Assembly (NCBI GenBank): GCA_030265395.1
Contig: JARFYF010000017.1
Coordinates: 19,153,778 to 19,217,777, forward strand
Reading direction: 5' to 3'
Source of the DNA: Rhina ancylostomus
Taxonomy: Eukaryota
DNA length: 64,000 nt
Shown here: piece after piece, positions 62,881 through 64,000 of the stretch
How positions within the stretch are numbered: position 1 is the stretch's first letter
How the letters are laid out: every line of letters starts with the position of its first letter
Made by a program: the position numbers and the translations under genes
Notes under the pieces: generated by a model
The model's input: only the letters and a program-made list of their open reading frames with translations
Databases searched by the model: none
Told to the model about the DNA's origin: nothing

Positions 62881-63719
62881 TATCAGGATTTAAGGTATTA
62901 GCTTATGAGGACTGACTACATTAAGCTGATTTGTGTTCTCTTGTGTTTAGAAGCTTAGGTGGGAGTCTAACCTTTAAAGTGATAATGGGCTTTAATAGGA
63001 TAGATAAAGGGAAACAATTTTCCTGAGTGGACAAATTCAGAAAAATTGTTCATTGCCAAGCAAGGGCAAAGTCACACACAACTTGATCTAGAAATCTAGA
63101 ACTTCATTTCCCAAATGCTTTTGAATATTGGATCAATTAAAATTTTCAAGATTTAATAGGTAGGGAAACCAAGAACTAAGGCTTAAAGATTGGTAAATGA
63201 AGTTGAATCTAGCCACATAGTTATTCAGTTCAGAATATGTTCAAGGGGCTAAATGGCCCACTCATGTCCCTATGTTTCTAAGCACTGGTAAAGGTCAAGT
63301 TCAAATAATAATGGAAGTTAACCTGCATAAGGTGAAGCAGTTCATTCGGACAACTGTCAGCAGAGGCAAGTGATGTAGTCAGTTCAGCATATTACAGCCT
63401 GGTCTGTTTCAGATTGTCTGTTTTCTTCTAGTTTGAATGATCGAGAGATTGAAAAATAGCTGTTTTTTTTATAGTATCATAGCTTTTACCAGATATCCAC
63501 TGGTGTTAATTTTCATAGTCTTAACCATACTGTGGAAGCAAAAACACATCACTCATTAATTATACACCAGTTCCATGTTAAACCAAAGGAAATTGACCAT
63601 CTCTCTTTACACAATTAACAAAATTTTAAGGTTTGTAATTGTGGCCTAGTTCTATAATGCTCAGTTTTACACTCGTGTTGATTTATTTACTCAGTATAGG
63701 ATCATGGTAAAGAAGTAGT

Positions 63720-64000
63720 CTGTCTTCAGATACTACAACAACGTTCAGGCTTAGTTTGCGAAGTGCCTAGCAGCATTTACAATACACATGTGCCAGACAA
63801 TCACTGTCTCCAACGAAAGAAAGTATAACTCCCTTCCCAAGGATTTCCTATCACCTAGGAAAAACCCAGGTCAAGAATATGAGGCAATGCTCTCCTTATT
63901 TTGGCAGTGAATACACTGACTTTCTTTCATCATTGCTGAGTCAAAAGCCTGAAGCACCTGCACCATAGACACTGCATCAGTTCAAAAAGGCTGGTCGCTA
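63720..64000 (+). mobile_element. Highly deleted remnant of the same old LINE family
   Basis: gtgccagacaatcactgtctccaac, caggtcaagaatatgag and cactgcatcagttcaaaaaggctg resemble the C-terminal and 3' UTR segments. Confidence 0.5.

Larger units (their letters stand above)
62130..63282 (+). mobile_element. Old CR1 LINE remnant with internal insertions
   Basis: ggccccagcttctatatacatat...tccaaatttgtgcttgtcaccagtttagg (GP.LF.I...SKFADDTKLG-like) and tail aggggctaaatggcccactcatgtccctatgtt. Confidence 0.65.

Noticed and set aside
1-64000. Prokaryotic-type systems (operons, CRISPR, defence islands)
   Set aside because: The sequence is vertebrate non-coding DNA with no gene-dense region and no repeat-spacer array.

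Overview
This is vertebrate genomic DNA: AT-rich, CpG-depleted and interrupted by many N gaps from a draft assembly. The repeat families (CR1/HER1-like LINEs, HE1/V-SINE-like and DeuSINE-like SINEs, Rex1-like tails ending in (GGTATT)n, Penelope-derived short hairpin elements, decayed PIF/Harbinger transposons) point to a cartilaginous fish, most likely a ray. That assignment is from recall of these families, not a database search. I find no recognisable host protein-coding gene, tRNA, rRNA or CRISPR array; the window looks intergenic or deep-intronic. Most listed ORFs are chance frames, gap-spanning artefacts or TE remnants. The most notable structures are: (1) a family of short Penelope-type elements carrying degenerate minimal hammerhead-ribozyme cores, two of them with target-site duplications and one a long fold-back; (2) a ~165-bp inverted duplication 5.4 kb apart that copies a LINE/unique junction; (3) fossil two-gene Harbinger elements, including a spliced Myb/SANT-like gene; (4) a 54-bp templated duplication inside an old LINE; (5) TE-poor blocks rich in transcription-factor motifs, including a tandem RFX X-box pair; (6) a few weak exon candidates. 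I cannot support a claim of a new biological system. Repeat boundaries were estimated by eye (roughly +/-20-50 bp) unless exact motifs are quoted.
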